Origin: Promethearchaeota archaeon
GTDB lineage: Archaea; Asgardarchaeota; Lokiarchaeia; Sigyniarchaeales; SOKP01
Assembly (NCBI GenBank): GCA_008080735.1
Contig: SHMW01000019.1
Coordinates: forward strand, 1-18,570
DNA length: 18,570 bases
Direction of reading: 5' to 3'
Shown here piece after piece: positions 1 through 8,328 of the stretch. Numbering within the stretch: position 1 is the first letter of the stretch; the number at the start of each line of letters is the position of its first letter. The notes under the pieces are model-generated. The model was not told the origin of the DNA and searched no databases. It saw only the letters and a list, made by a program, of their open reading frames with translations. The position numbers and the translations under genes were made by a program.

Positions 1-2
1 AT

Positions 3-842
3 AATGGTACTTCTGATTCACTCAATTTTACAAGGAGAGTGTATGGAGGGTATTCGAAAGTTGAGCCAGAAAAAGAACCTATTGCAAAAATTGACTTTCA
101 AAGCTCTCCGATTAAGATAGGAGATACTTCAGTGTATACTGAGGATTATATTTCAGATAATGGTGTGAACTCAAAAAAAAGTATTGTAAATATGGATGTA
201 CACTTAAACGCTACTATGGGAATTGTTGGAAATAATGTATCGATACCAGTCATATTTAGGTTCGAAATCAGCCATACACCAGATTTTACTAAATACAAAT
301 ATGGCATGAATTTAAATTGGACAAAAGTGAAAGATTTTGCAAATAAAGCAAATCTTCAAACAGGGGATACTTTTTGCTTGATTTCTAAAGATGGTTTGCA
401 AATGTCGATTTATGAACCAGAGCAAGTAGGATTTTTTAGTTTTGAGACAAATAGCAAAAATGATACTGCATATTTCAGAAGGAATAACTATACTCTTTCT
501 CAATTTGAATTTACAACTAATTACACAATCATCAGAAATGGAGAGTTAAATGCGTATACCAATGAAACTGTTAGGAAATATTTCCGAGATGCGGGGAATG
601 ACACGGTTGACCATAGCAATGAGTCAAAAATATTTGTAATTTATGATGGGTTTAAATATAATATATCCTCTGGCTTTGAATTCGATCCAACTTTTACAGT
701 ATTCATTGTAGGGGGTCTTGAATTTCCCTTTTTAGACGTAGTGATTATTATGATCATAGTCAGTTCTATAGCGTTTATAGCAATTGGGGGATATTTATTA
801 TATCGAAAGAGGAAGAGAAATACAATTGCTCCTTTTAGTTAA
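3..842 (+). CDS. 5'-truncated secreted/cell-surface protein with C-terminal transmembrane anchor, probable glycoprotein
   Basis: Frame is open from position 3 (NGTSDSLNFTRRVYGG...), so the GTG at 39 is probably internal. C-terminal hydrophobic helix (VVIIMIIVSSIAFIAIGGYLLY) followed by basic tail RKRKRN; 12 N-x-S/T sequons. Confidence 0.75.
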   Translation, partial: NGTSDSLNFTRRVYGGYSKVEPEKEPIAKIDFQSSPIKIGDTSVYTEDYISDNGVNSKKSIVNMDVHLNATMGIVGNNVSIPVIFRFEISHTPDFTKYKYGMNLNWTKVKDFANKANLQTGDTFCLISKDGLQMSIYEPEQVGFFSFETNSKNDTAYFRRNNYTLSQFEFTTNYTIIRNGELNAYTNETVRKYFRDAGNDTVDHSNESKIFVIYDGFKYNISSGFEFDPTFTVFIVGGLEFPFLDVVIIMIIVSSIAFIAIGGYLLYRKRKRNTIAPFS

Positions 843-851
843 CTATTCTAA

Positions 852-860
852 TTTTTTTTT
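852..860 (+). terminator. Oligo-T (T9) archaeal-type terminator candidate
   Basis: T9 run about 10 nt after the stop at 842, in the 26-bp gap between convergent genes. Confidence 0.4.
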
Positions 861-868
861 ATCTTTTA

Positions 869-2410
869 TTATCTGCTCAGCTCTAAAATATAGTCCGCCG
901 CTGTTATTCCCGTGTACATAGATATGGGATACCCTCCTAGAAATAATTCTTTACTGGCATACAATCCCGCCATTAACAAATTCTTAACAGGTGTTCTAAT
1001 AAGTAATTCACGATTAAATCCTTCTACTTTTGTTAAATCTCTTGACCATCCCGCAATGGAACCTCGAAATCGTTTTCCCCAGTCTCGATATGTTAAAGGT
1101 GTGGCAATTTCTATCTCAATAATGCTTTCCGATAATCCCGGTAGAACTTTTTCTACCACTTTTATAATTTTTTCCGCTAATTTCTGTTTATGTTCCTTAT
1201 AACCTTGCTTTCTTTTCTTTACTCCTGTTCTCCATTTTTCCATAATATCATAAGAAAAATTTACCCGTAAAAGGATACTTTTTTTATTCGTTGGGACAAA
1301 ATTGTCAGATTTCTCAGACCAAAAGCAAATTTCGATTTCTTTATTTTTAAATCTACTCAAATCCTCATCTTGAATTGATATAGTATGTTCTGGTTTCATC
1401 TGATCCCTATAAAAAACGTGTTCAGCCCTCATTTTTTTTAAATCTATCTTTTGAGGATCTATACCGAGATATACACAGATCTCAGAACCTGTAAATGAAT
1501 TATTTTTAACTTTCTGATAGAAGTCCTCGGGTACTTGTATTTTATCGACTAGTTGTAAAAAAGTCGTTTTATAATCCGCATTTGAAATAATGTAATCCGA
1601 GAAATAGGTAGTTCCTCCAGAAGTTATGACCCCTTTAGCAATTCCATTCTCAATAATTATTTCTTTAATTGGAGTATTAAGCTTAACATCTCCGCTTTCT
1701 GATATAATTCTATCATACAATAACTCGTTTATCCCATGAATTCCACAAGAAGGAAACCAGATCCCTTTTTCTGACATCACATTCCACATAAACGCTAGAT
1801 GAAGCATCGACATAACAGGCTCATATGTACCTTGAGATCCCAGTAACTTTTTAAGATCTGAATTGTCGATATAGTTATCTAAAAATTCTTTTGAAGAGAC
1901 TTTTGAGAAATCTTTTGTTAATTCATATTTTTTTTTATTTTGCTCCATCAATTTTTTTTCTGCTTCAAGTCTTTTCTCCCCTATAAGATAATCAGGATTC
2001 CATTCATAAATGTTGTCAACAATACCAATTATTTCATTTAGCTTGTTAAAGAATTTCGATACACCGCCTTTCTCATTCGGAAAGATTTTGATTAAGGAAT
2101 TTTCGAGATCTTCCAAGGGTTTTGAATAAATTATATCGATATTAGGAGATATTAGCTGGAAATGACTTCTTTTATATGATATGTTTTGAGTGATTCCTAT
2201 ATCTTTGAGAATTTTTGAGACGAGATCTGGATAACTGAACGAAAGCGGCCCCATGGGAAAAATGAATCCTCCTCGTCGAAAAATATGGCTTGTTCCTCCT
2301 ATATGATGGATTTTCTCTATAACCATGGTCTTTTTTCCACTGGACGCAAGTTTTGCTGCTGCTGTGAGTCCGCCGACTCCTGCCCCAATAACTATAACAT
2401 CATACTTCAA
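869..2410 (-). CDS. Phytoene desaturase / retinol saturase family FAD-dependent oxidoreductase
   Basis: N-terminal Rossmann motif DVIVIGAGVGGLTAA...EK...GG, FPSCG..G, IISNAD, ATPLTY, TPVKNLLMAG..G.G C-terminal motifs; TTG start preceded by GAGGA. Substrate unknown. Confidence 0.85.
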   Translation of the reverse strand: MKYDVIVIGAGVGGLTAAAKLASSGKKTMVIEKIHHIGGTSHIFRRGGFIFPMGPLSFSYPDLVSKILKDIGITQNISYKRSHFQLISPNIDIIYSKPLEDLENSLIKIFPNEKGGVSKFFNKLNEIIGIVDNIYEWNPDYLIGEKRLEAEKKLMEQNKKKYELTKDFSKVSSKEFLDNYIDNSDLKKLLGSQGTYEPVMSMLHLAFMWNVMSEKGIWFPSCGIHGINELLYDRIISESGDVKLNTPIKEIIIENGIAKGVITSGGTTYFSDYIISNADYKTTFLQLVDKIQVPEDFYQKVKNNSFTGSEICVYLGIDPQKIDLKKMRAEHVFYRDQMKPEHTISIQDEDLSRFKNKEIEICFWSEKSDNFVPTNKKSILLRVNFSYDIMEKWRTGVKKRKQGYKEHKQKLAEKIIKVVEKVLPGLSESIIEIEIATPLTYRDWGKRFRGSIAGWSRDLTKVEGFNRELLIRTPVKNLLMAGLYASKELFLGGYPISMYTGITAADYILELSR

Positions 2411-2648
2411 TAAAATCCAATCCTCAGAAATAATTATAATTAGTTATTGTCACTTATCTCAATTCACATTTATATTCCACTTTTATCAAATAAAAAAAAG
2501 AAACTCGAGAATTATTATACCGTTTTATTATATTCTTTAAGCAAATCTAATTGAATTTTTCTGAATCAAAATCTAATAATTTTTTTAGTTTATACGATAT
2601 TTCTACAATAGTATGGGAAGTAAATAATTAAAATTTGAGCTTATAAAT

Positions 2649-3200
2649 ATGGAAGAATCTTCTGATGAAGAGTGGAGTTATGATTTTCTTGAAAGTTTGG
2701 TAGAAGACGTCGAGGAAAATAAAAATCTCCTCCAATGTATTGAGTGTGGGCGCTGTGTAGGAGGTTGCCCTGCATCTCGTATTTCTAATTTTAACATTCG
2801 AAAAATAATTAGAAAAGTTTTACGGGGGGATAAAAGCGTTTTAAAAGATTCAGATATTTGGTATTGTTTTCTCTGCGAACGCTGTAAAAGGGTGTGCCCA
2901 AAAGAAAACGTTAATATTCCCTTACTTATTTTAAACTTACGTAATGAATCCTTTAAAAAGGGATATGGACCGCGTTATAATGATTTAACGAAATATGTTG
3001 AGATGTCAGAGCGATTTCTCACTAATGGTTCAGTCTTAGATGAGCCTCTTGATGGTCCCTTGCCTGAAAGGAGAGTAAAAGAATTAGATAAAATATGTGA
3101 TTTTGCTCGAATTAAATATGTATTTAAAGCAGTTGATCATCAAAATAAGAAAGAGAAATCCAAAAAATCTTCAAATAAAGAAGAAAAAAAATTAATGTAA
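2649..3200 (+). CDS. hdrC: Heterodisulfide reductase subunit C-like 2x[4Fe-4S] protein
   Basis: CIECGRCVGGCP and IWYCFLCERCKRVCP motifs followed by the typical V.IP.LI..LRN segment; 12 bp upstream of an hdrB-like gene. Confidence 0.85.
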   Translation: MEESSDEEWSYDFLESLVEDVEENKNLLQCIECGRCVGGCPASRISNFNIRKIIRKVLRGDKSVLKDSDIWYCFLCERCKRVCPKENVNIPLLILNLRNESFKKGYGPRYNDLTKYVEMSERFLTNGSVLDEPLDGPLPERRVKELDKICDFARIKYVFKAVDHQNKKEKSKKSSNKEEKKLM

Positions 3201-3212
3201 TGGTATCTAAAA

Positions 3213-4226
3213 ATGGAAATTGAAAATCTAGCCCTTAATATTGAAGAAATCAAAAAAAAATATCCCGATAATCCTTTGGAATTCTTTAGAGGAAAAAGAT
3301 TGTGTTTATTCAAAGCTTGCTTAGAGAAATATTTTCCGGGTGTTCGGTTTGGAATAGAAAACTTATTAGAAGCATTCGATATGGAGGTAAACATCTGTGA
3401 AAATCAATCTTGCTGTTCTGGAACTTTTTTTCAGAGGAATCTAATCACGAGAGCCCAATTTGCAGCGATTAATGAACGTAATTTAAGTGAAATAAATAAC
3501 CAAGCAGATATCCTTCTAGTGAGTTGTAATGGGTGCTATAATTCTCTTCTAAGAGGCAGAGACTTCTTAAAAATTCCCGAGGTTAGAAGGAAAACACAGA
3601 GAATTTTAGACGAAGTCGAAGAGAAAATGGGTGGTGAAACTTATCCTGGGCAATATAAGATTTTAGAAAATCCCAACTTACGGATTGTTCATGATTTAGA
3701 TTTCATCTATCTTATTCGAGACCAATTATTACGTGTGTTGAAATATGATTTGAAAGGATTGAAAGTTGCGGTTCATTATGGTTGTCATTATCTAAATCTC
3801 GAAAGAGATCGTGATGTAGAGACTTATTTGAAGGATAAAACAAAATTAGAGGAATTAGTTTCCCTTTTTGGTGGAACACCTGTTGATTATTCTGAACGGG
3901 AAAGTTGTTGCGGATGGGGTGCGTCGCAAATTGTACTCCATCCTGAAGAAGCATTAAAAGTAACTTATAAAAAATTAAAAAGCGCCGAAAATGTGAATGC
4001 ATGTTTTTTGTTGATGCCATGCCCGACATGTCTCTATACGTTAAGTAAGCCCGAATTTCGCGAAAAAATGTGCGATATAGCAAATGATAATTTAGAAATA
4101 GCTACTATTCATCTTAACGAACTTATAGCAATTTTACGCGGTTGCGAAGAGGAACAATGTGTCTCTTTACGAAGAGAATCTCCTCGAATTCACTTAATTT
4201 ATGAGACAATAACTGCTGAAGACTAA
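3213..4226 (+). CDS. hdrB: Heterodisulfide reductase subunit B-like protein (two CCG domains)
   Basis: KAC...CCSG...SCNGCY and VHYGCH...CCGWG...PCPTC: both CCG cysteine sets present. Confidence 0.85.
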   Translation: MEIENLALNIEEIKKKYPDNPLEFFRGKRLCLFKACLEKYFPGVRFGIENLLEAFDMEVNICENQSCCSGTFFQRNLITRAQFAAINERNLSEINNQADILLVSCNGCYNSLLRGRDFLKIPEVRRKTQRILDEVEEKMGGETYPGQYKILENPNLRIVHDLDFIYLIRDQLLRVLKYDLKGLKVAVHYGCHYLNLERDRDVETYLKDKTKLEELVSLFGGTPVDYSERESCCGWGASQIVLHPEEALKVTYKKLKSAENVNACFLLMPCPTCLYTLSKPEFREKMCDIANDNLEIATIHLNELIAILRGCEEEQCVSLRRESPRIHLIYETITAED

Positions 4227-4263
4227 TTTAAAAAATTTAGAATAATAGATTGGTATTTATTTT

Positions 4264-4662
4264 TTATTTACTCTCTTCTATGGCACCACGAGGGCAAGAA
4301 TCAATACAAATAAGGCATCCAATGCATTTATCTTCCTTAAATTGAACCGAATCATCATCTCTGAAATGTAACGCATCAGTAGGACACAAGGAAACACAAG
4401 CACCACAATTAATACAGAGATCTTCATCCACCAATACCCTTCCTTTTCTATTCACATAGATGTCATTTTTTCTCAAGGATGTAGTTATGGTATCAATTTT
4501 AGATTCGGGTACATCCAAAAGCAGATTTATTCCTCCAGAACTCGTGGAAAATTTCAATATGTTAAATGAAATATCATGTTTTAAAATTTCATTTATAATA
4601 CGAGAATAATCATCGATTTGTTTAATCAATCGAAACGGAACCATAACGTTAATAATTGTCAT
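4264..4662 (-). CDS. NIL-domain + 2x[4Fe-4S] ferredoxin (MA1822/MJ0099-like), iron-sulfur partner of aspartate-semialdehyde sulfurtransferase
   Basis: N-terminal NIL-like segment (ISFNILK), CINCGACVSLCP and CIGCLICIDSCP; 2 bp downstream of the DUF39-CBS gene. Confidence 0.85.
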   Translation of the reverse strand: MTIINVMVPFRLIKQIDDYSRIINEILKHDISFNILKFSTSSGGINLLLDVPESKIDTITTSLRKNDIYVNRKGRVLVDEDLCINCGACVSLCPTDALHFRDDDSVQFKEDKCIGCLICIDSCPRGAIEESK

Positions 4663-4664
4663 TT

Positions 4665-6137
4665 TTACATCAACTCCTCCGATGATATAATTCCCACTAC
4701 AATATTCTTATCATTCACAACTGGTAACGCAGAGATATCATGTTTCTTCATTTTTCTTGAAGCGACATCCACGGGTTCATTATCTGTAGTTGTGATGACT
4801 CGTTTTGTAATAATATCCATCAATTTGTTTGCATTTTTAGCGACCGCCTTAGTGATATCAAAAGAAGTGACTATTCCCTTCAATTTTTTTTCTCTATCCG
4901 TAATTACAATATGGTTAATGTTTTGGTTAATGATTTTATTCGCAACTATTTGTATATCACAGTCCTCATAACAGATCACAGCATCTTTTTTTAAATCTTT
5001 TACAAATTTTATTTCAGATGTTTGTCTCATAGCTTTATAATTGGTTTTAGTTGGTAATGTTTCGGCAGGAGGATTCAAAAAAAATTTTCCGTCTTCAATC
5101 CATTCTTTTAATTCTTGAGCTATTTTGCGTGCACGAAATAAGGACGACATAGATGAACATTTGATCTCTCTTCCATTTAATGTAATCGAACCCCTTTTTA
5201 ATTCTTTATAATTAGTTTTCTTTAGTACTGGCCGATTCCGTCTTGGGACACCATAATCAACAATATCGGTTATGATATCCTCGTCCTTGATGGCAGTCTT
5301 TTGAGCAAGCCTCTCGTTTAAAATCGGGATTGGAATCCCCACCCCACAGAACATTGAAGTTCCATACTGTTCATAATTAACTCCCCTTAAATATTCGGAG
5401 CTCATTTCTTTTAAATTTCCTTTAACAAATAGTGTACCGAAGCCATCATTAGGATTATGTTGAGTTCCTTGACCGATAACATAACCTATTCCACCTCCCA
5501 AAAAGATGCGCGTGCCAATTCCAATGGTTTCATAATCGGGATCATTTGTTAAGGGGTTTAAACATCCCGCCCCACAGTAGTGAGCATTTCCGAAATTAGG
5601 AAGCAGTTTTCCCATATATGTATAAAGCGTTCTCTCAGTACTATTAACCGCACAAACATATCTCTGATAGGCATTTCTTGGATTGCAGAGAATTGCTTCA
5701 TTTAAATCATCAATCGTGAAATATGTGTCAATCTCACCTAAAGGATAACAATCTGTTGTATTTGAGACACCTCGTAATCTAATCGGTTTTCCCGATACGA
5801 GTTCTTCAATGACATTCCCTCCTCCATATTCGAATGGACGCTTGTCCGCCATTCTTGTCACACCTATATAACAATCCACCGCCGCATTTCCATGATAAGC
5901 ATGAACCTCATTGAGCCATAAATGTTCAAATTTGATTGGGGGATCTGAATGACCGAAATTGAGAAATGCCCCGCTACTGCACATCGGTCCGAACGTTCCG
6001 GTTGTTACAACATCGATTTCATCAGCAGCTACTTTTGGACCATTCTCTTCTACTATTTTTATCATTTCCTCCGCTGTGACAACGATAGCTTCGCCAGATC
6101 TTATCTTTTCATTTATTTCTTGATACGTCTTTGTCAA
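4665..6137 (-). CDS. L-aspartate semialdehyde sulfurtransferase (DUF39 + tandem CBS; MA1821/MJ0100-like homocysteine biosynthesis protein)
   Basis: KTYQEINEKI..G.A.VVTAEE, DVVTTGTFGPMCSSG (C53), TDCYP (C130), NPRNAYQRY, NDP.YETIGIGTRIFLGG, C-terminal CBS pair; TTG start with AGGTGA upstream. Confidence 0.92.
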   Translation of the reverse strand: MTKTYQEINEKIRSGEAIVVTAEEMIKIVEENGPKVAADEIDVVTTGTFGPMCSSGAFLNFGHSDPPIKFEHLWLNEVHAYHGNAAVDCYIGVTRMADKRPFEYGGGNVIEELVSGKPIRLRGVSNTTDCYPLGEIDTYFTIDDLNEAILCNPRNAYQRYVCAVNSTERTLYTYMGKLLPNFGNAHYCGAGCLNPLTNDPDYETIGIGTRIFLGGGIGYVIGQGTQHNPNDGFGTLFVKGNLKEMSSEYLRGVNYEQYGTSMFCGVGIPIPILNERLAQKTAIKDEDIITDIVDYGVPRRNRPVLKKTNYKELKRGSITLNGREIKCSSMSSLFRARKIAQELKEWIEDGKFFLNPPAETLPTKTNYKAMRQTSEIKFVKDLKKDAVICYEDCDIQIVANKIINQNINHIVITDREKKLKGIVTSFDITKAVAKNANKLMDIITKRVITTTDNEPVDVASRKMKKHDISALPVVNDKNIVVGIISSEELM

Positions 6138-6141
6138 ATAA

Positions 6142-6147
6142 TCACCT
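6142..6147 (-). promoter_or_regulatory. Shine-Dalgarno site AGGTGA for the DUF39-CBS gene
   Basis: Minus strand reads actAGGTGAttatTTGaca. Confidence 0.65.
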
Positions 6148-6227
6148 AGTTTTAATTATATTCCATTTTATTTTAGAATAAATTAAAGTTAAATTAGGAA
6201 AAACTAATTGCTTTAAAAATCTTTAAA

Positions 6228-6278
6228 TTTTTTTTATGATTATGATGCATAATATATTCATATCATACATAAAAAAAA
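6228..6278. promoter_or_regulatory. Nested inverted repeats, candidate operator of the HTH-CBS regulator
   Basis: TTTTTTTTATG (6228-6238) / CATAAAAAAAA (6268-6278); inner TATGAT (6241-6246) / ATCATA (6262-6267); ATTATG-N3-CATAAT (6239-6253). Ends 10 bp before the regulator ATG. Confidence 0.45.
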
Positions 6279-6288
6279 GATATGTACT

Positions 6289-6843
6289 ATGTTGCCAGAT
6301 CTAGCTGAATTGAAGATTCTTCGAAAAAAACTAAACATTAGTCAAGCAGAACTCGCAAGAATATGCGGATTGAATCAATCAACAATTTCAAGAATTGAAA
6401 ATCAACAGGTGGATCCTCCATATTCCACTTTTAAAATGCTTTATTCTTGTCTGAAAAACGAAGAAAGGAGAAAAAAAGAATCTTCTGAACAAATAATAAA
6501 ATTGATGACACAGAATATTATATCAATACATCCACAGACGAAACTTAAGAACGCGATTACTCTAATGAATAAATACAATGTATCCCAATTGCCTATATTG
6601 GATGAGAATCGAAATATTGGGAGTATTACTTCCAAAAAGGCACAAGAATTGATAATGGAAAACTCAGATTTGCTAAATATAGAAATCTCAGATGTAAAGG
6701 AATTGCCCTTTCCCGAAGTTGATAAAAATTGGAACCTCAAGGATGTTTCGGACCTTTTAATAAAATATCCCGCAGTATTAATAAAGGAATTTGATAATTA
6801 TATTGGAATAATGACTGATGCTGATGTATTGAAATTACCTTAA
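6289..6843 (+). CDS. XRE/Cro-type HTH transcriptional regulator with C-terminal CBS pair (COG3620-like)
   Basis: LKILRKKLNISQAELARICGLNQSTISRIENQQVDPPYST HTH; CBS repeats (LMNKYNVSQLPILD..IGSIT; AVLI...YIGIMT.AD). Confidence 0.9.
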   Translation: MLPDLAELKILRKKLNISQAELARICGLNQSTISRIENQQVDPPYSTFKMLYSCLKNEERRKKESSEQIIKLMTQNIISIHPQTKLKNAITLMNKYNVSQLPILDENRNIGSITSKKAQELIMENSDLLNIEISDVKELPFPEVDKNWNLKDVSDLLIKYPAVLIKEFDNYIGIMTDADVLKLP

Positions 6844-6975
6844 CTTGATATTTCCACTAAAAAAGAGATATAATCAATAATCCATTCTAAGGACCTTTAA
6901 TTAAGGTAATTAAGATTGCTTTATTTATCTTCTAAAAAAAGAACGATTAATGTAAGAAAGATAGGTAATTGGTGT

Positions 6976-7863
6976 ATGAGTAAAAATGCGAAAAAATCGG
7001 GTGTATCAAATAAGAAAATTCTTGGAATTATTTTATTAGTTATTACCACGGTGCTTTGGGGCACGACGTTTATCATTACCAAGAATGTAATTGAAAATAT
7101 ACCTCTTTTTCTTTATTTAGGGTTAAGATTTTCAGTAGCACTTTTAGGCTTAAGTCCATATTTTTTCCGTTTAAAGAGAATAAACAAGAAAACTATAGTG
7201 ATGGGCGCGGTTTCTGGGTGTATTTACTTTATCGCCATAGCAACGCAGACCATAGGATTAACCACAACCTCAGCAGGGAAAGCTGGTTTTATAACGGGAT
7301 TAAATACTATCATGGTCCCTTTCTTAGCATATGTTCTTTTCAAAGAAGCTTTTAAGAAAAGGATATATCTCGCTGCAACTCTTTCTATTGTTGGGATGGC
7401 TTTTCTGTTTTTAGAAGGAGAGGGAGGTATTATTATAGGAGATATTTGGGTACTGACCTGTGCTTTCTTTTGTGCCCTTTTCATAATATATAATGATAAA
7501 TATGTACGCTTGGTTGATGTATATCTTTATTCTATCGTACAGTTATTCATTATTTCGGTATGCTGTTTTGCATCTTCCTTTATCTTAGGAGAATCCTATA
7601 ATCTTTTAAACGTTGACTTTACCCTCTGGATGATTATTATATATATGGGTATTGGTGTAACGACTCTTACCTTTCTCTTTCAGAATTGGAGTCAGCAACA
7701 TGTAAACTCGGCCAAAACGGCAATAATATTCGCTTTAGAACCTGTTTTCGCGGCTCTATTTGGTTTCCTTTTAGGAAATGAAACGCTTTCTTTATTTGCA
7801 TGGATTGGTTGTGGTCTAATATTTATTGCAATATTGATAACAGTAATTAAAAATAGAGATTAA
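6976..7863 (+). CDS. EamA/DMT family transporter
   Basis: About 10 TM segments, LWGTTF, RF, GLTTTSAGKAGFITGL, GD, LEPVFAALFG motifs. ATG at 6976 (MSKNAKK) preferred over the track's TTG at 6916. Confidence 0.9.
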   Translation: MSKNAKKSGVSNKKILGIILLVITTVLWGTTFIITKNVIENIPLFLYLGLRFSVALLGLSPYFFRLKRINKKTIVMGAVSGCIYFIAIATQTIGLTTTSAGKAGFITGLNTIMVPFLAYVLFKEAFKKRIYLAATLSIVGMAFLFLEGEGGIIIGDIWVLTCAFFCALFIIYNDKYVRLVDVYLYSIVQLFIISVCCFASSFILGESYNLLNVDFTLWMIIIYMGIGVTTLTFLFQNWSQQHVNSAKTAIIFALEPVFAALFGFLLGNETLSLFAWIGCGLIFIAILITVIKNRD

Positions 7864-7895
7864 TAAAGTTAAGTAGAATAAGAAAGCTTTCTAGG

Positions 7896-8312
7896 CTAGT
7901 CTTGGAACAATTTCTTTACTTTAGTTAAATTATCGCCTATCCATTCTTTTAGCTTGTTAATATCAGACCCGTATCCAAGATATCCCATTATTCCAATTTC
8001 TTTGTTTACTTTCCGGAAATGTAAAATATTTTCTGTATAGTGAATATTAAAATTTTCCAAATCTTGCGATTCAATTACGGAGTTTAAAGCGGAAATTGAC
8101 TCGATTATTTTAGCGGAAAATCTTTTGATTTTCTTTTCATCTTCGACTTTATATATCAAAGGCAGACCTTTTAAGCGTCCACCATATCCAAATATTGTAA
8201 CCCATCCATTATTAAGTTTATCTTGGAGGTTAATAATCTCAGTTTCTAATTCCTTTAACGACTCAATTGAAGTCTTCCCAAAGATATTTTTTATTTTAGA
8301 AAATATTTCCAT
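7896..8312 (-). CDS. Divergent roadblock/LC7-like protein with N-terminal amphipathic helix
   Basis: Helix-strand-(G.LPL)-helix-three strands-helix pattern like roadblock; last gene of an operon with two clearer roadblock domains. Fold call is by eye. Confidence 0.55.
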   Translation of the reverse strand: MEIFSKIKNIFGKTSIESLKELETEIINLQDKLNNGWVTIFGYGGRLKGLPLIYKVEDEKKIKRFSAKIIESISALNSVIESQDLENFNIHYTENILHFRKVNKEIGIMGYLGYGSDINKLKEWIGDNLTKVKKLFQD

Positions 8313-8328
8313 TTTAATTCACTTTTAT

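Noticed and set aside
869-2410. Calling this gene crtI / carotenoid biosynthesis
   Set aside because: No crtB or other carotenoid genes in the window; the family includes many enzymes of other specificity.
2649-4226. Reading hdrBC as evidence of methanogenesis
   Set aside because: HdrBC homologs are widespread in non-methanogens and no mcr/mtr genes are present here.
6893-6907. ACCTT-N5-AAGGT palindrome upstream of the EamA gene
   Set aside because: Only 5-bp arms in AT-rich DNA and unrelated to the 6228-6278 motif.
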